Shown here one piece after another: positions 27,180 to 36,051 of a stretch of 52,007 bases of DNA. The stretch is from an uncultured Gammaproteobacteria bacterium (GTDB taxonomy: Bacteria > Patescibacteriota > Microgenomatia > UBA10105 > UBA927), in contig CAYNWD010000002.1 of NCBI GenBank assembly GCA_964400835.1, positions 25,604 through 77,610 of the forward strand, in the 5' to 3' direction. The notes under the pieces are model-generated. The model made no database searches. It worked only from the letters and a program-made list of their open reading frames with translations, and had not been told where the DNA came from. Made by a program: the position numbers and the translations under genes. The first letter of the stretch is position 1, and each line of letters begins with the position of its first letter.

Positions 27180-28388
27180 ATGAACATCATTCGCTTTATT
27201 CTCAAAACCGCTTTTTTTGATTTTACCCGCAACAAGATGCGCACGCTCCTGACGTCATTGGGCATACTCATCGGCGTCGCCTCGGTCGTTCTTCTCATCG
27301 CGTTTGGCCTGGGGCTCAAAGCATACATACGCGGCCAGTTTGAAAATCTGGGAAGCAATCTGGTGTACGTATTCCCGGGGGTCTTCGGCGGAGGCGGCGG
27401 TATCGGGTTTCGGCCCGGAGCGTTCGGCGGCATCCGCTTTGACGAAAAGGACTTTGTGAGTCTCAAAAAAATAGAGGCAGCGCAGGCGGGGGCCGGGGCG
27501 TGCACCAAACCGGTGGATATATCCGGGCCGCGCGAGACCAAATCCATCGACATCTTTGCCGCGACCCCGGAGCTTTTCCCTATCCGCAACTTTACCATAG
27601 ACATCGGCCGGCTCTACACCGATACCGACATGGACAAACGCGCCAAGGTGACGGTCCTTGGACCCAAAATCGCCGAGGACCTTTTCGGCTCGGAGACGAG
27701 AGCACTGGGTAAAACCGTCAAGATCGAAAAACAGGCATATACCGTCATCGGCATCCTCGAACCAAAAGGAGGCGGCGGCTTTGGCGGGCCGGACTTTGAC
27801 ACCTTTGCCTATGTTCCCTTTACCAGCGCTGCGCAGTTTAATCCGAGAAAGGAATTTATCGCGTTTTATCTCAAAGCTGCTGACGAACCGTCGGTAAAAA
27901 CCCTAGTCCAAAAGGCACAAACGGTTCTTACCAGGCGGTACAAAGAAGATAAATTCGCGGTGGTCGAGCAAACCGAAGTTCTTTCCACCGTCACCTCCAT
28001 TTTCACGGTTCTCAATACCGTGCTCGTTGCCATCGGCGGCATTTCCCTGGTCGTCGGCGGCGTGGGTATCATGAACATCATGTACGTCACAGTGACGGAA
28101 AGGATAAAGGAAATCGGCATACGCCGCGCGGTCGGCGCGACCAAACAGGATATATTAGTTCAATTTTTGGCCGAGGCAGTTATCCTGTCGCTCATCGGAG
28201 GAATTGCGGGAATCCTTGTGTCCTTTCTAGTGGTTTTCGCCATCCAACGGTTTTTCCCCGCCTACATCGATGCGACTTCTGTCCTGGTGTCGCTTGGTGT
28301 GGCCTCGCTCGTGGGTATTGTTTTTGGCGTCATGCCGGCCAAAAAAGCCGCCGACCTCTCTCCCATCGACGCGATCCGGTACGAGTAG
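27180..28388 (+). CDS. ABC transporter permease, MacB-like (FtsX-type domain)
   Basis: 402 aa. N-terminal TM segment, large periplasmic domain, C-terminal three-TM FtsX-like domain with the ERIKEIGIRRAVGA motif. Confidence 0.85.
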   Translation: MNIIRFILKTAFFDFTRNKMRTLLTSLGILIGVASVVLLIAFGLGLKAYIRGQFENLGSNLVYVFPGVFGGGGGIGFRPGAFGGIRFDEKDFVSLKKIEAAQAGAGACTKPVDISGPRETKSIDIFAATPELFPIRNFTIDIGRLYTDTDMDKRAKVTVLGPKIAEDLFGSETRALGKTVKIEKQAYTVIGILEPKGGGGFGGPDFDTFAYVPFTSAAQFNPRKEFIAFYLKAADEPSVKTLVQKAQTVLTRRYKEDKFAVVEQTEVLSTVTSIFTVLNTVLVAIGGISLVVGGVGIMNIMYVTVTERIKEIGIRRAVGATKQDILVQFLAEAVILSLIGGIAGILVSFLVVFAIQRFFPAYIDATSVLVSLGVASLVGIVFGVMPAKKAADLSPIDAIRYE

Positions 28389-28394
28389 CTTTTC

Positions 28395-28423
28395 TTGACA
28401 ACATGTTCCTGCAGCGCTAGAAT
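28395..28423 (+). promoter_or_regulatory. Sigma70-type promoter TTGACA-17-TAGAAT for the small-ORF pair
   Basis: ttgaca (28395..28400), 17-nt spacer, tagaat (28418..28423). AGGA lies 12 nt before the ATG at 28440. Confidence 0.7.
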
Positions 28424-28439
28424 AGGACGAAATAAAATT

Positions 28440-28738
28440 ATGAGACACTTTGGAGTAGAACAAAAAGGATTTACCCCCCCCAGTCGGGAACGCTGGCAAA
28501 CCAGGTTAGACATTGGAGGCGCGAAGGACGGAATGTTCTGCTTACCGAAGAGGAAGCACTCTTTCTGAGAAATGGTGGAGCCCTACCCGCAATGTTCAAA
28601 GGACACGTCGTTGCAGCAATAGATCAAGGAAACGGCAATTTCAAGCTTACTACTAAAAAGGGTTACAGGGCGACGGGCAATGGTCGAAAAATAGTAGAAG
28701 AGACTCTAGAAAATAATTGCTTCAAAAAAGAACGATAA
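28440..28738 (+). pseudogene. Small ORF interrupted at a C8 tract (phase-OFF or frameshifted). It gives 42 aa as sequenced and 99 aa with one extra C.
   Basis: The ATG at 28440 gives MRHFGVEQKGFTPP, with C8 at 28474..28481, and the current frame stops at 28566..28568. The +1 frame is open from the tract to the TAA at 28736..28738 and is paralogous to 28757..29029. Confidence 0.6.
28474..28481 (+). repeat. C8 homopolymer inside codons 12-14 of the first small ORF
   Basis: ttaCCCCCCCCagt, counted directly. Confidence 0.95.
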
Positions 28739-28756
28739 ATGGACTAAAGTCAGGCT

Positions 28757-29029
28757 ATGAAACTCCCGGAAATCCCCCAAGAATCGTCTAACCCCCCCCG
28801 TGGAGCACGTTTTTATCGCAGGGTGGGAAATAATTCGCTTAGCCTGACACCAGACGAATATTCTCTTCTAAGTGGCGGCGAATTTCTTGAGAACCCCGAT
28901 CTAGTAGGAACAAACATAACAGTAAAAGCGGGTCGCAACGGTAGGTATCGGGTGACATTTACGTCAAGGGATTTTAGAGACAACGCATTAGGCATTCTTG
29001 ATACTGCTGAACATACGGACGGAGAATAA
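28757..29029 (+). CDS. Small hypothetical protein (90 aa), in-frame paralog of 28440..28738
   Basis: MKLPEIPQESSNPPRG, with C8 at 28792..28799 in codons 12-15. GNNSLSLTPDEYSLLSGGEFL aligns with GRNVLLTEEEALFLRNGGAL of the upstream frame-shifted ORF. Confidence 0.6.
   Translation: MKLPEIPQESSNPPRGARFYRRVGNNSLSLTPDEYSLLSGGEFLENPDLVGTNITVKAGRNGRYRVTFTSRDFRDNALGILDTAEHTDGE
28792..28799 (+). repeat. C8 homopolymer inside codons 12-15 of the second small ORF
   Basis: taaCCCCCCCCgtg, counted directly. Confidence 0.95.
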
Positions 29030-29036
29030 GCCGGCC

Positions 29037-29408
29037 TCACTTCGTCACTTCCCAAACGTGATTGTCCGGATCTTTGAAGTAGGCCACTGTTTGTCCCCAC
29101 GATGTCGTTTTGGGTCCTTCGAAGATAACGACTCCCTTTGCGGAAAGTTCCGCACACGCCTTTTCCACATTATCCACAGAAAATGCATAGACTGCGCTTG
29201 CCGGTGTATTCATGTGCTCTTTGCCAAACATAGCCGTTGCTTCGTCTTTCTGAAAAATTCCCAGGAGCGTGTCGCCGAGTTTAAAATCCGCATATTTTCC
29301 GTCCCGGGAATTGAGCGTCAATCCCAATACATCGCGATAGAATGCCACTGACCGGTCAAAGTCAGTCACGAGCAAACACACGGCATAGAGCTTATTAAAC
29401 ATACCCAT
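29037..29408 (-). CDS. VOC/glyoxalase family protein
   Basis: Trimmed to MGMFNKLYAVCLLVTDFDRSVAFYRDVLGL. C-terminal YFKDPDNHVWEV. Confidence 0.8.
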   Translation of the reverse strand: MGMFNKLYAVCLLVTDFDRSVAFYRDVLGLTLNSRDGKYADFKLGDTLLGIFQKDEATAMFGKEHMNTPASAVYAFSVDNVEKACAELSAKGVVIFEGPKTTSWGQTVAYFKDPDNHVWEVTK

Positions 29409-29428
29409 AAGTCTCCCTCGTAACATCA

Positions 29429-32149
29429 TTACCCCGCCTGCGGGTAGTGGCATTTCTTCCACTTCTTGCCGCTTCCGCACCAGCAGGGATCATTGCGCTG
29501 AATTTTCTTTTTGACCGTGGGCTGACCGACGACTGATTGGGAAAGGTTCGCTTCTGCCGGCAGCGACCGCGTTTTTATCGGCATGGGCTTCTGAACCCCT
29601 GGCAGGGGCATGGGCGTGGGCTGCGGCCGATCACTTGGTGCCGGAGCTGGCTGCGGAGCAAGCTGAACCTGCACTTTAAAAATACGGTGGACGATTTCGC
29701 TGTCTATACTTGCCATAAGCCGTTCAAACATCGTGAACGCTTCATTTTTGTATTCCACCAAAGGATCACGCTGACCGTACCCGCGAAGCCCTATGCCTTC
29801 GCGCAGATCATCAATGGCGTCTAAGTGATCCATCCACACCGTATCAATAACCTGCAGACTCACCCAGCGCTCGACCTGACGGGCGACTTCGGGCGACAAT
29901 TGCTTCTCCCGCTCGGCATAAATATCGCTTCCCACTTTGGCTAAAAATTCCGTCATCTCGCCTGCCGCGTGCATTTGCCCGAGCTGTTGCGCCAGACGTT
30001 TCTGCGATGCTTCATCGAAGGGTAAAATGGAGACGAATTCCGAAACAATTTTTTCCCTATCTACACCGGTAGCACCTTCTGTGGTGTGCATGGCGACCAC
30101 ATTGGCAACGGTGTCATGAACTTTGGCGAGAATCGTCTCTTTCTGGCTTTCACCTTCTAGGATTTTGCGCCGTCTGCGGTAGACAATTTCCCGCTGCTTA
30201 TTGAGAACATCATCGTACTCGACCAGGTGCTTGCGAGAGTCAAAATGAAACCCTTCCACTTTTACCTGCGCCTGCTCTATGGCGCGGCTGACCATGCCGT
30301 GTTCAAGCGGTACGTCCTCGGGCATTTTAAACACCGTCATGAGCTTTGCCACCTGATCCCCGCCAAAAAGCCGCATGATGTCGTCCTCAAGCGACACATA
30401 AAACCTGCTGGACCCCGGGTCTCCCTGCCTGCCGGATCTTCCGCGCAGCTGATTGTCAATACGCCTCGACTCGTGCCGTTCTGTGCCGATGACATGAAGC
30501 CCCCCGATCGCAACCACTTCATCATGCCGTTTTTTCCACCGCTCCTCTTCCGTCTTCCACTCTTTTTCATCTTTGTATTCCCATTTGTCCTTTTTACTGC
30601 CGCCCAAAATAATGTCCACGCCCCGTCCTGCCATGTTCGTTGCGACCGTGACCGCACCCTTTTTGCCTGCATCCGCGATAATCATAGCCTCGCCTAAGTG
30701 ATTTTTGGCATTGAGCACCTGATGCGGCACACCTTTCCGCTTCAGAAACTCGCTGATAATTTCATTTTTATCTATCGCCGTCGTGCCCACGAGAACCGGC
30801 TGGCCGCGCTTGTGGTGCTCAATAATATCTGCAACCACGGCGGCATACTTTGCCCGGGTCGTTTTATACACGCTGTCGGCATGATCGGTCCGCACCATGG
30901 GCCGGTGTGTGGGTAAAGCGAGGACATCCAGGTTATAAATCTTCTTAAATTCTTCCGCCTCTGTTGCCGCGGTTCCTGTCATGCCGGAGAGCTTCTCATA
31001 CATGCGGAAGTAATTTTGCAAAGACACGGTCGCAAGCGTTTTACTTTCCTGCTGAATCGGCACTCCCTCCTTGGCCTCGATCGCCTGGTGGATGCCTTCA
31101 CTAAACCGCCTGCCCTGAAGCAGGCGCCCGGTAAATTCATCGACTATCACCACCTGGCCGTCTTTGACCACATACTCCCTGTCTTTTTGATACAGCGTCC
31201 GGGATTTCAGTGCTGCCTCTATATGGTGTATCGCACTGAAGTCGTTTTCATAAATATTCCCCAGCCCCAAAAATTTTTCTACCTTGAGTATCCCGTGGTC
31301 AGTCAGGTGTGCAGTCCGGAGTTTTTCGTCTATGACGTAATCCGTTTCCTTCGTGAGCTTCTCGACGAGCTTGGCGTAGTCATAATATTTATGCGTTGCC
31401 TCCTCTGCGGGAGCGGAAATAATATGCGGTGTGCGCGCCTCATCGATGAGTATGGAGTCCACCTCATCTATCACCGCAAAATGGTAATCCCGCTGAACGA
31501 GCTGGCTTTTATCCGTTGCCATGTTGTCGCGCAGGTAGTCAAATCCAAATTCGCTGTTTATGCCGTAGGTTATGTCGGCGCCGTATGCTTCTTTTCGTGT
31601 CACCGGCCGCAGATGCCGCAGCCGCCAATCTGACGCGCCTTTATCCTCATGGGAGGGGTCGTAGAGAAATGATTGCTCGCTGATCATGGCGGAAACAGTG
31701 AGACCCAAACTGTGATAAATAGGACCCATCCAGCCCGCATCGCGCCGGGCCAAGTAATCGTTTACCGTCACCAGATGCGCACCCCGTCCGGTCAGGGCAT
31801 TCAGATACAAAGCCGGGGTCGCAGACAGCGTTTTTCCTTCTCCGGTTTTTTGTTCAGCAATTTTGCCCTGGTGCAAGGCAATCGCTGCCAAAAGCTGCAC
31901 GTCATAATGCCGCTCGCCGATCGTGCGGCTTGCTGCCTCCCGCACCAGTGCGTAGGCATCGACCAATATGTCGTCGAGCGTTTGGCCAGAGGATACGCGC
32001 TCCCGAAGCTCTGCGGTTTTTTGAGGTAATTTCGCATCAGACAGCTTATGAACTTCTTCCTCCTTCTGACTGATTCTTGCCACGATGGCGCGGGAACGGT
32101 CCAGGTCCTTTTTTCCGCTGTCCAGAAACTTCCCGAGGAATTTAAACAT
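29429..32149 (-). CDS. secA: Preprotein translocase ATPase SecA
   Basis: 906 aa. MFKFLGKFLDS N-terminus, DEAD-like motor motifs (TGEGKT, DEVDSILIDEARTP), C-terminal zinc motif CWCGSGKKWKKCH. Confidence 0.95.
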   Translation of the reverse strand: MFKFLGKFLDSGKKDLDRSRAIVARISQKEEEVHKLSDAKLPQKTAELRERVSSGQTLDDILVDAYALVREAASRTIGERHYDVQLLAAIALHQGKIAEQKTGEGKTLSATPALYLNALTGRGAHLVTVNDYLARRDAGWMGPIYHSLGLTVSAMISEQSFLYDPSHEDKGASDWRLRHLRPVTRKEAYGADITYGINSEFGFDYLRDNMATDKSQLVQRDYHFAVIDEVDSILIDEARTPHIISAPAEEATHKYYDYAKLVEKLTKETDYVIDEKLRTAHLTDHGILKVEKFLGLGNIYENDFSAIHHIEAALKSRTLYQKDREYVVKDGQVVIVDEFTGRLLQGRRFSEGIHQAIEAKEGVPIQQESKTLATVSLQNYFRMYEKLSGMTGTAATEAEEFKKIYNLDVLALPTHRPMVRTDHADSVYKTTRAKYAAVVADIIEHHKRGQPVLVGTTAIDKNEIISEFLKRKGVPHQVLNAKNHLGEAMIIADAGKKGAVTVATNMAGRGVDIILGGSKKDKWEYKDEKEWKTEEERWKKRHDEVVAIGGLHVIGTERHESRRIDNQLRGRSGRQGDPGSSRFYVSLEDDIMRLFGGDQVAKLMTVFKMPEDVPLEHGMVSRAIEQAQVKVEGFHFDSRKHLVEYDDVLNKQREIVYRRRRKILEGESQKETILAKVHDTVANVVAMHTTEGATGVDREKIVSEFVSILPFDEASQKRLAQQLGQMHAAGEMTEFLAKVGSDIYAEREKQLSPEVARQVERWVSLQVIDTVWMDHLDAIDDLREGIGLRGYGQRDPLVEYKNEAFTMFERLMASIDSEIVHRIFKVQVQLAPQPAPAPSDRPQPTPMPLPGVQKPMPIKTRSLPAEANLSQSVVGQPTVKKKIQRNDPCWCGSGKKWKKCHYPQAG

Positions 32150-32175
32150 ACCCGTATTTTAACACAAAAAGACGG

Positions 32176-32835
32176 CTATACTGCGAAGAAAAATGTGTTG
32201 AGGAATACGGATTTTTCGCTAACTGCCCCGAACGTATCGGTCAGTATTTGCCGCAGAACTGCCAGTTCATCGCGGTATTGCGCATCATGCAGAACGCTTA
32301 CGATAAGCCTGCCGGAGGGTCGAAGTGCGCGTCGGAGACTGCGCACGTATGCCCGTTGTGCGACAAACTTCGGAATGCTTCGGCCAAAATATATATCACT
32401 GACTATCAAGTCATACGCCCCAAGATGGTTTGCCAGGAATGTACGCGCATCCAGACACACTAGTTTCACGTGTTTTTGCCTGTGTATCTGAAAATACGTT
32501 TTTCCCAGGCGAAGCATAACCGGATCAATATCCACGCCGGTTATGGCGGCGAATGGAAAGTAGGAGCCGATCACCCGCAAGACAGAGCCTCCGGCAACGC
32601 CCAGCATCAATACACGCGGACTGCGGGCAAATTGCTGACGCATGCCGAATGCAGCAAACGCACGCTTCCAAAGTTTTTCTATATATAACCCGGATTGCGG
32701 AGAGCCGTTGACGAGAATTTTGTAGCGGCCGTATTCCAGAACCACCCGAATATCGCGGTTAAACTCCGACGAAAACCGCGCGATGGTTTGCGGATAGAAA
32801 TAGGAAAAAAACAATCGGATTTTTTGCTTATTCAA
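32176..32835 (-). CDS. Class I SAM-dependent methyltransferase / spermidine synthase-like protein
   Basis: VLMLGVAGGS (motif I) and the DLIVSDIY motif. Confidence 0.6.
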   Translation of the reverse strand: MNKQKIRLFFSYFYPQTIARFSSEFNRDIRVVLEYGRYKILVNGSPQSGLYIEKLWKRAFAAFGMRQQFARSPRVLMLGVAGGSVLRVIGSYFPFAAITGVDIDPVMLRLGKTYFQIHRQKHVKLVCLDARTFLANHLGAYDLIVSDIYFGRSIPKFVAQRAYVRSLRRALRPSGRLIVSVLHDAQYRDELAVLRQILTDTFGAVSEKSVFLNTFFFAV

Positions 32836-32869
32836 TGTATCAGTGCAGCAATTGAGTGCTCGTGGCTTT

Positions 32870-34132
32870 CTACGCGATGACCTCTTTTCCTAAAAATTGC
32901 TGAAGCACCTTGGGGACCGCAACGGATCCGTCTTTCTGCTGGTAGTTTTCCAAAATCGCCACCAAAATGCGCGGTGATGCTATGGCCGTATTATTAAGCG
33001 TATGGCAAAACTTAATAGTCCCGTCTTTCATTTTGTAACGGATCTTGAGGCGCCGAGCCTGAAAATCTCCCATAAATGAGTTCGACATCGTTTCGCCATA
33101 ACTTCCCAATCCTGAACCGGTCGAAGGGCGTCCCGGCATCCACGTCTCGACATCATACTTTTTTATCTGCGGCTCGCCCATGTCACCCGTACACATGAGG
33201 AGCACCCGATAGGGCAAACCCAGATCCTGAAGAATTTCTTCTGAATTGGCCAACAACTCCTCATGAAGAGTAAGAGATGTACTCGTTTCTGCAGTTGAAA
33301 TAATAACTTGTTCAATTTTGTTAAACTGGTGCAATCTGTAGACCCCCCTGGTATCTTTACCGTAGCTTCCTGCTTCCCGACGAAAACAGGGAGAAAACGC
33401 CACAAACTTTTTCGGCAAATCCGACTCCGGTAATATTTCGTCGCTAAAGTACGCGGTCACCGGCACCTCGGCAGTACCGGCCAGGTACATATCGTCCTTT
33501 TCGATTCTGTACACTTCCTCTCTCCCCCACGGAAACTGGCCGTTTCCGACTAACGTAAACTCTTTGACCAACGACGGCGCGATAAGCGGCGTGTAGCCCT
33601 TCACGACAAGCTTGTGAAGGGTATACCACATGAGCGCCAGCTCCATCTGCGCTGCCGCATTTTTTAGAAAATATGCACGGCTTCCGCCGACTTTGGCTCC
33701 GCGTTTAAAGTCGATAAGGTCAAGCGACTCAGCGAGCTGTATATGATCCTTCGGTTCAAAATCAAACACCCGCGGCTCGCCCCACTTCTTTAGCTCAACG
33801 TTGCCGCTGCTGTCGTTTCCGACCGGCACAGAAGGGTCCGGTACATTGGGAACGGTCAGCATCAGCAGGTGAAACTTTTCTTCAACTTCCCGCAGCTCAT
33901 CTTCAAGAGTCTTAAGTTCTTGCTTTAGCTGCTTTCCTTTCTGCACACTGTCTTCTGTTCTCTGTTTACTTGTCTGATTGCGCTGCGCTCTCAACACCTC
34001 AGTCTTTCCGATGAGCTCCCTGCGCCGGTCATCGAGTTTGAGCAATGTATCCCAATCGACCTCGCGGTTTTTATTCCTGGCCGCGGTTTTACAAAGTTCC
34101 AGATTGTCCCGAATAAATTTTATGTCAAGCAT
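32870..34132 (-). CDS. serS: Seryl-tRNA synthetase
   Basis: MLDIKFIRDN start, N-terminal coiled-coil arm, class II motifs (FRREAGS, GETMSNSF..). Confidence 0.93.
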   Translation of the reverse strand: MLDIKFIRDNLELCKTAARNKNREVDWDTLLKLDDRRRELIGKTEVLRAQRNQTSKQRTEDSVQKGKQLKQELKTLEDELREVEEKFHLLMLTVPNVPDPSVPVGNDSSGNVELKKWGEPRVFDFEPKDHIQLAESLDLIDFKRGAKVGGSRAYFLKNAAAQMELALMWYTLHKLVVKGYTPLIAPSLVKEFTLVGNGQFPWGREEVYRIEKDDMYLAGTAEVPVTAYFSDEILPESDLPKKFVAFSPCFRREAGSYGKDTRGVYRLHQFNKIEQVIISTAETSTSLTLHEELLANSEEILQDLGLPYRVLLMCTGDMGEPQIKKYDVETWMPGRPSTGSGLGSYGETMSNSFMGDFQARRLKIRYKMKDGTIKFCHTLNNTAIASPRILVAILENYQQKDGSVAVPKVLQQFLGKEVIA

Positions 34133-34168
34133 AGGTTAAGAATAAGTCAATGACGCGTACGTTGCAAC

Positions 34169-34444
34169 TTACGTATTGGTATTATCGACCTTGCCAACGG
34201 GTTCATCTGTATAAAAATCACACATTTCACATGTCATGCCTATCACTACCATATCATCTTCTCTGATCCATCGATGAATAAAGATGGCTCCAACAGTGTA
34301 AGGACACGTTGCCTCAAGTTGATCTCCTGCTAAAACTCTCTCCCTGTCATATTGTATCTTTAGATGTGCGTCCGGATCGCCCATATAGCCTATCCTGTTT
34401 CCGACAGCTGCACAAAAGAATATCTTTTCAGCATTATTTGCCAT
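34169..34444 (-). CDS. Small Cys-containing hypothetical protein (91 aa), first gene after the T-box leader
   Basis: Trimmed to MANNAEKIFFCAAVGN. Strong GGAGGTG SD 8 nt upstream. Contains a CEMC pair. 36 nt upstream of serS. Confidence 0.6.
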   Translation of the reverse strand: MANNAEKIFFCAAVGNRIGYMGDPDAHLKIQYDRERVLAGDQLEATCPYTVGAIFIHRWIREDDMVVIGMTCEMCDFYTDEPVGKVDNTNT

Positions 34445-34642
34445 AAAAAAACACCTCCTTTTTGAAAAGACGAGGTGTTCTCGTGGTGCCACTTTTCTTT
34501 GCTACGCAGTATTCTGTATAGCCTTGTGAACTACTCTACCCAAGGTGACATAGTTCTTCTTCTGTAACGGGAAGTCCCCGTCTCATCTTCACCGAGCCCG
34601 AAACTCGTTTTCGAAGAGAGGCTTTACCGAGGGAAAGTTCGG
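34445..34642 (-). promoter_or_regulatory. T-box riboswitch leader (antiterminator/terminator with SD sequestration); the UGGC bulge predicts a G73 tRNA, probably tRNA-Ser
   Basis: The minus strand reads GAAAAG-UGGCACC-ACGAG-AACAC-CUCGU-CUUUUC (34497..34464). This is helix A1, the 7-nt UGGNACC bulge and helix A2. The alternative hairpin is AACACCUC...GAGGUGUU followed by U7 (34479..34445). Confidence 0.72.
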
Positions 34643-34669
34643 TATATAGCGCCTTTATTAAATTGTCAA
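34641..34669 (-). promoter_or_regulatory. Promoter for the T-box leader (TTGACA, then TATATA/TATACC)
   Basis: The minus strand reads ATTATTGACAATTTAATAAAGGCGCTATATACCG. The -35 is at 34664..34669. The -10 is TATATA with a 15-nt spacer or TATACC with a 17-nt spacer. Confidence 0.55.
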
Positions 34670-34687
34670 TAATACTATTATATCAGC

Positions 34688-35308
34688 CTAATTCCGCTGC
34701 GTCAAATAACTCATAAGTAGAGGCTTCAACTTATGAAGCGCATGTCTGCGGTGGTTATATTTTTCTGTTTCCGCAGGAGTCAAAAGATCGTGGTTGTAAT
34801 ATTTTTTGATCACAGGGAGGTACAATATGGATCTATAAGGAAACCCTGCTACCCGCTCCGGGGAGGGATTTTCCGGAATGATGCCGCGCGTTGCTGCAGT
34901 CGCCGTATGGACCTCGCCGTTGGGAAGAACGAGTGCTAGGACCGCCCGCAGCTGCGCGCCTCGCTTCGCTCGGGGCAAACCCTTCATTCGTTTGAACGTA
35001 TATTCTATAAGCTCTTCGTCCCCGCTCTCTTTCAGTGGATCTATCCACCGGTGAGACCGGATTCCCGGCTCACCGCCCAGCGCGTCAATTTCAAATCCGC
35101 CATCGTCAGCAATCGTCGCTAACTTTGATTTCTCCGCATAGAATTTTGCCTTCAGAATGGCATTCTCCTCAAACGTCGCTCCGCTCTCCTCGACGTTATT
35201 TGAAATCCCGATATCGCCCAGGCTCACCATCTCGACCGGCAAATCCGAGAGAAATCTCCTGATTTCCTCAAGTTTTCCGGGATTTGTGGTTGCAATAAGC
35301 AATTTCAT
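34688..35308 (-). CDS. rdgB: Non-canonical purine NTP pyrophosphatase (RdgB/HAM1, XTP/dITP diphosphatase)
   Basis: MKLLIATTNPGKLEEI and DDGGFEIDALGGEPGIRS motifs. Confidence 0.9.
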   Translation of the reverse strand: MKLLIATTNPGKLEEIRRFLSDLPVEMVSLGDIGISNNVEESGATFEENAILKAKFYAEKSKLATIADDGGFEIDALGGEPGIRSHRWIDPLKESGDEELIEYTFKRMKGLPRAKRGAQLRAVLALVLPNGEVHTATAATRGIIPENPSPERVAGFPYRSILYLPVIKKYYNHDLLTPAETEKYNHRRHALHKLKPLLMSYLTQRN

Positions 35309-35333
35309 AAAAATCCGACGACCTTACGCTCGC

Positions 35334-35422
35334 GGTTTTTGAAACGCCTTGTTCGCGCTTCGCGCGGATTTGTGCGTTTCATCCACGTGCCTTACGGTCG
35401 TGGTTTTCGCTCTCTTGTTATA
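35334..35422. repeat. Conserved structured intergenic element, copy B (homolog of 14482..14574)
   Basis: Same conserved blocks as copy A. Hairpin arms are CCACG/CGTGG (35383..35403) here and CCATG/CATGG (14533..14548) in copy A. Confidence 0.7.
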
Positions 35423-35461
35423 ATCTAGCTTCGCAAGGGGACGCCTTGCGAGGCCAATTTT

Positions 35462-36049
35462 TTAAAGGCCTAGTGCTTCGTGTATTTCCTGCATCGCGGT
35501 CAATGCTATCCCTACGAATTCAGAGAGAGGAATGTCCAGCTCTTTTTCGCAATGGAGAATGTTTTCACGAATTGCACCGGCCGCAAAAGACTTTATGGAA
35601 AATTTCTTCATGACCGACTCGACAGTCAACGATTGCAGCTTACTCTGCCCTGAGCCTGTCGAAGGGTCCGGACGCACCAATGCACACGCAGTGATTAAAC
35701 CGGAGAGCTCATCTGCACAGTAAAGACTCCACTCCATCTTGGTCTCAGGCTTGGGCAAATCCTCCCGCCATCCCCATGCATGCGCTCTGACCGCCGCAAT
35801 CACCCGGGAGTCTGCTCCTCGTTTGGCTAGCTCATCGAAAATAACCGATGGATGTTGCTTCGGATCACCATCTTTGAATTGTTCATAATCTGCATCGTGA
35901 ACCAATCCCGCAATTCTATAAAGCCCCTCATCTTCGTTGAAATGCTTGGCCAACGCAGCCATAATGGCCTCCACTGCAAGCATATGCTTCACCAAATTCG
36001 GATTTTTAGTCCACTGGATTACCAACTCGTAGGCATCTGCGCGGGTCAT
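35462..36049 (-). CDS. HD domain phosphohydrolase
   Basis: VKHMLAVEAIM...GLVHDADYE (H...HD...D pattern). 195 aa. Confidence 0.75.
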   Translation of the reverse strand: MTRADAYELVIQWTKNPNLVKHMLAVEAIMAALAKHFNEDEGLYRIAGLVHDADYEQFKDGDPKQHPSVIFDELAKRGADSRVIAAVRAHAWGWREDLPKPETKMEWSLYCADELSGLITACALVRPDPSTGSGQSKLQSLTVESVMKKFSIKSFAAGAIRENILHCEKELDIPLSEFVGIALTAMQEIHEALGL

Positions 36050-36051
36050 AG

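Noticed and set aside
28389-29036. Similarity of the small paralogous ORFs to the YjhX/UPF0386 toxin family (L-S/T-x-x-E...L-x-x-GG pattern).
   Set aside because: The resemblance is only a loose, gapped pattern match recalled from memory. It is not strong enough to call without a profile search.
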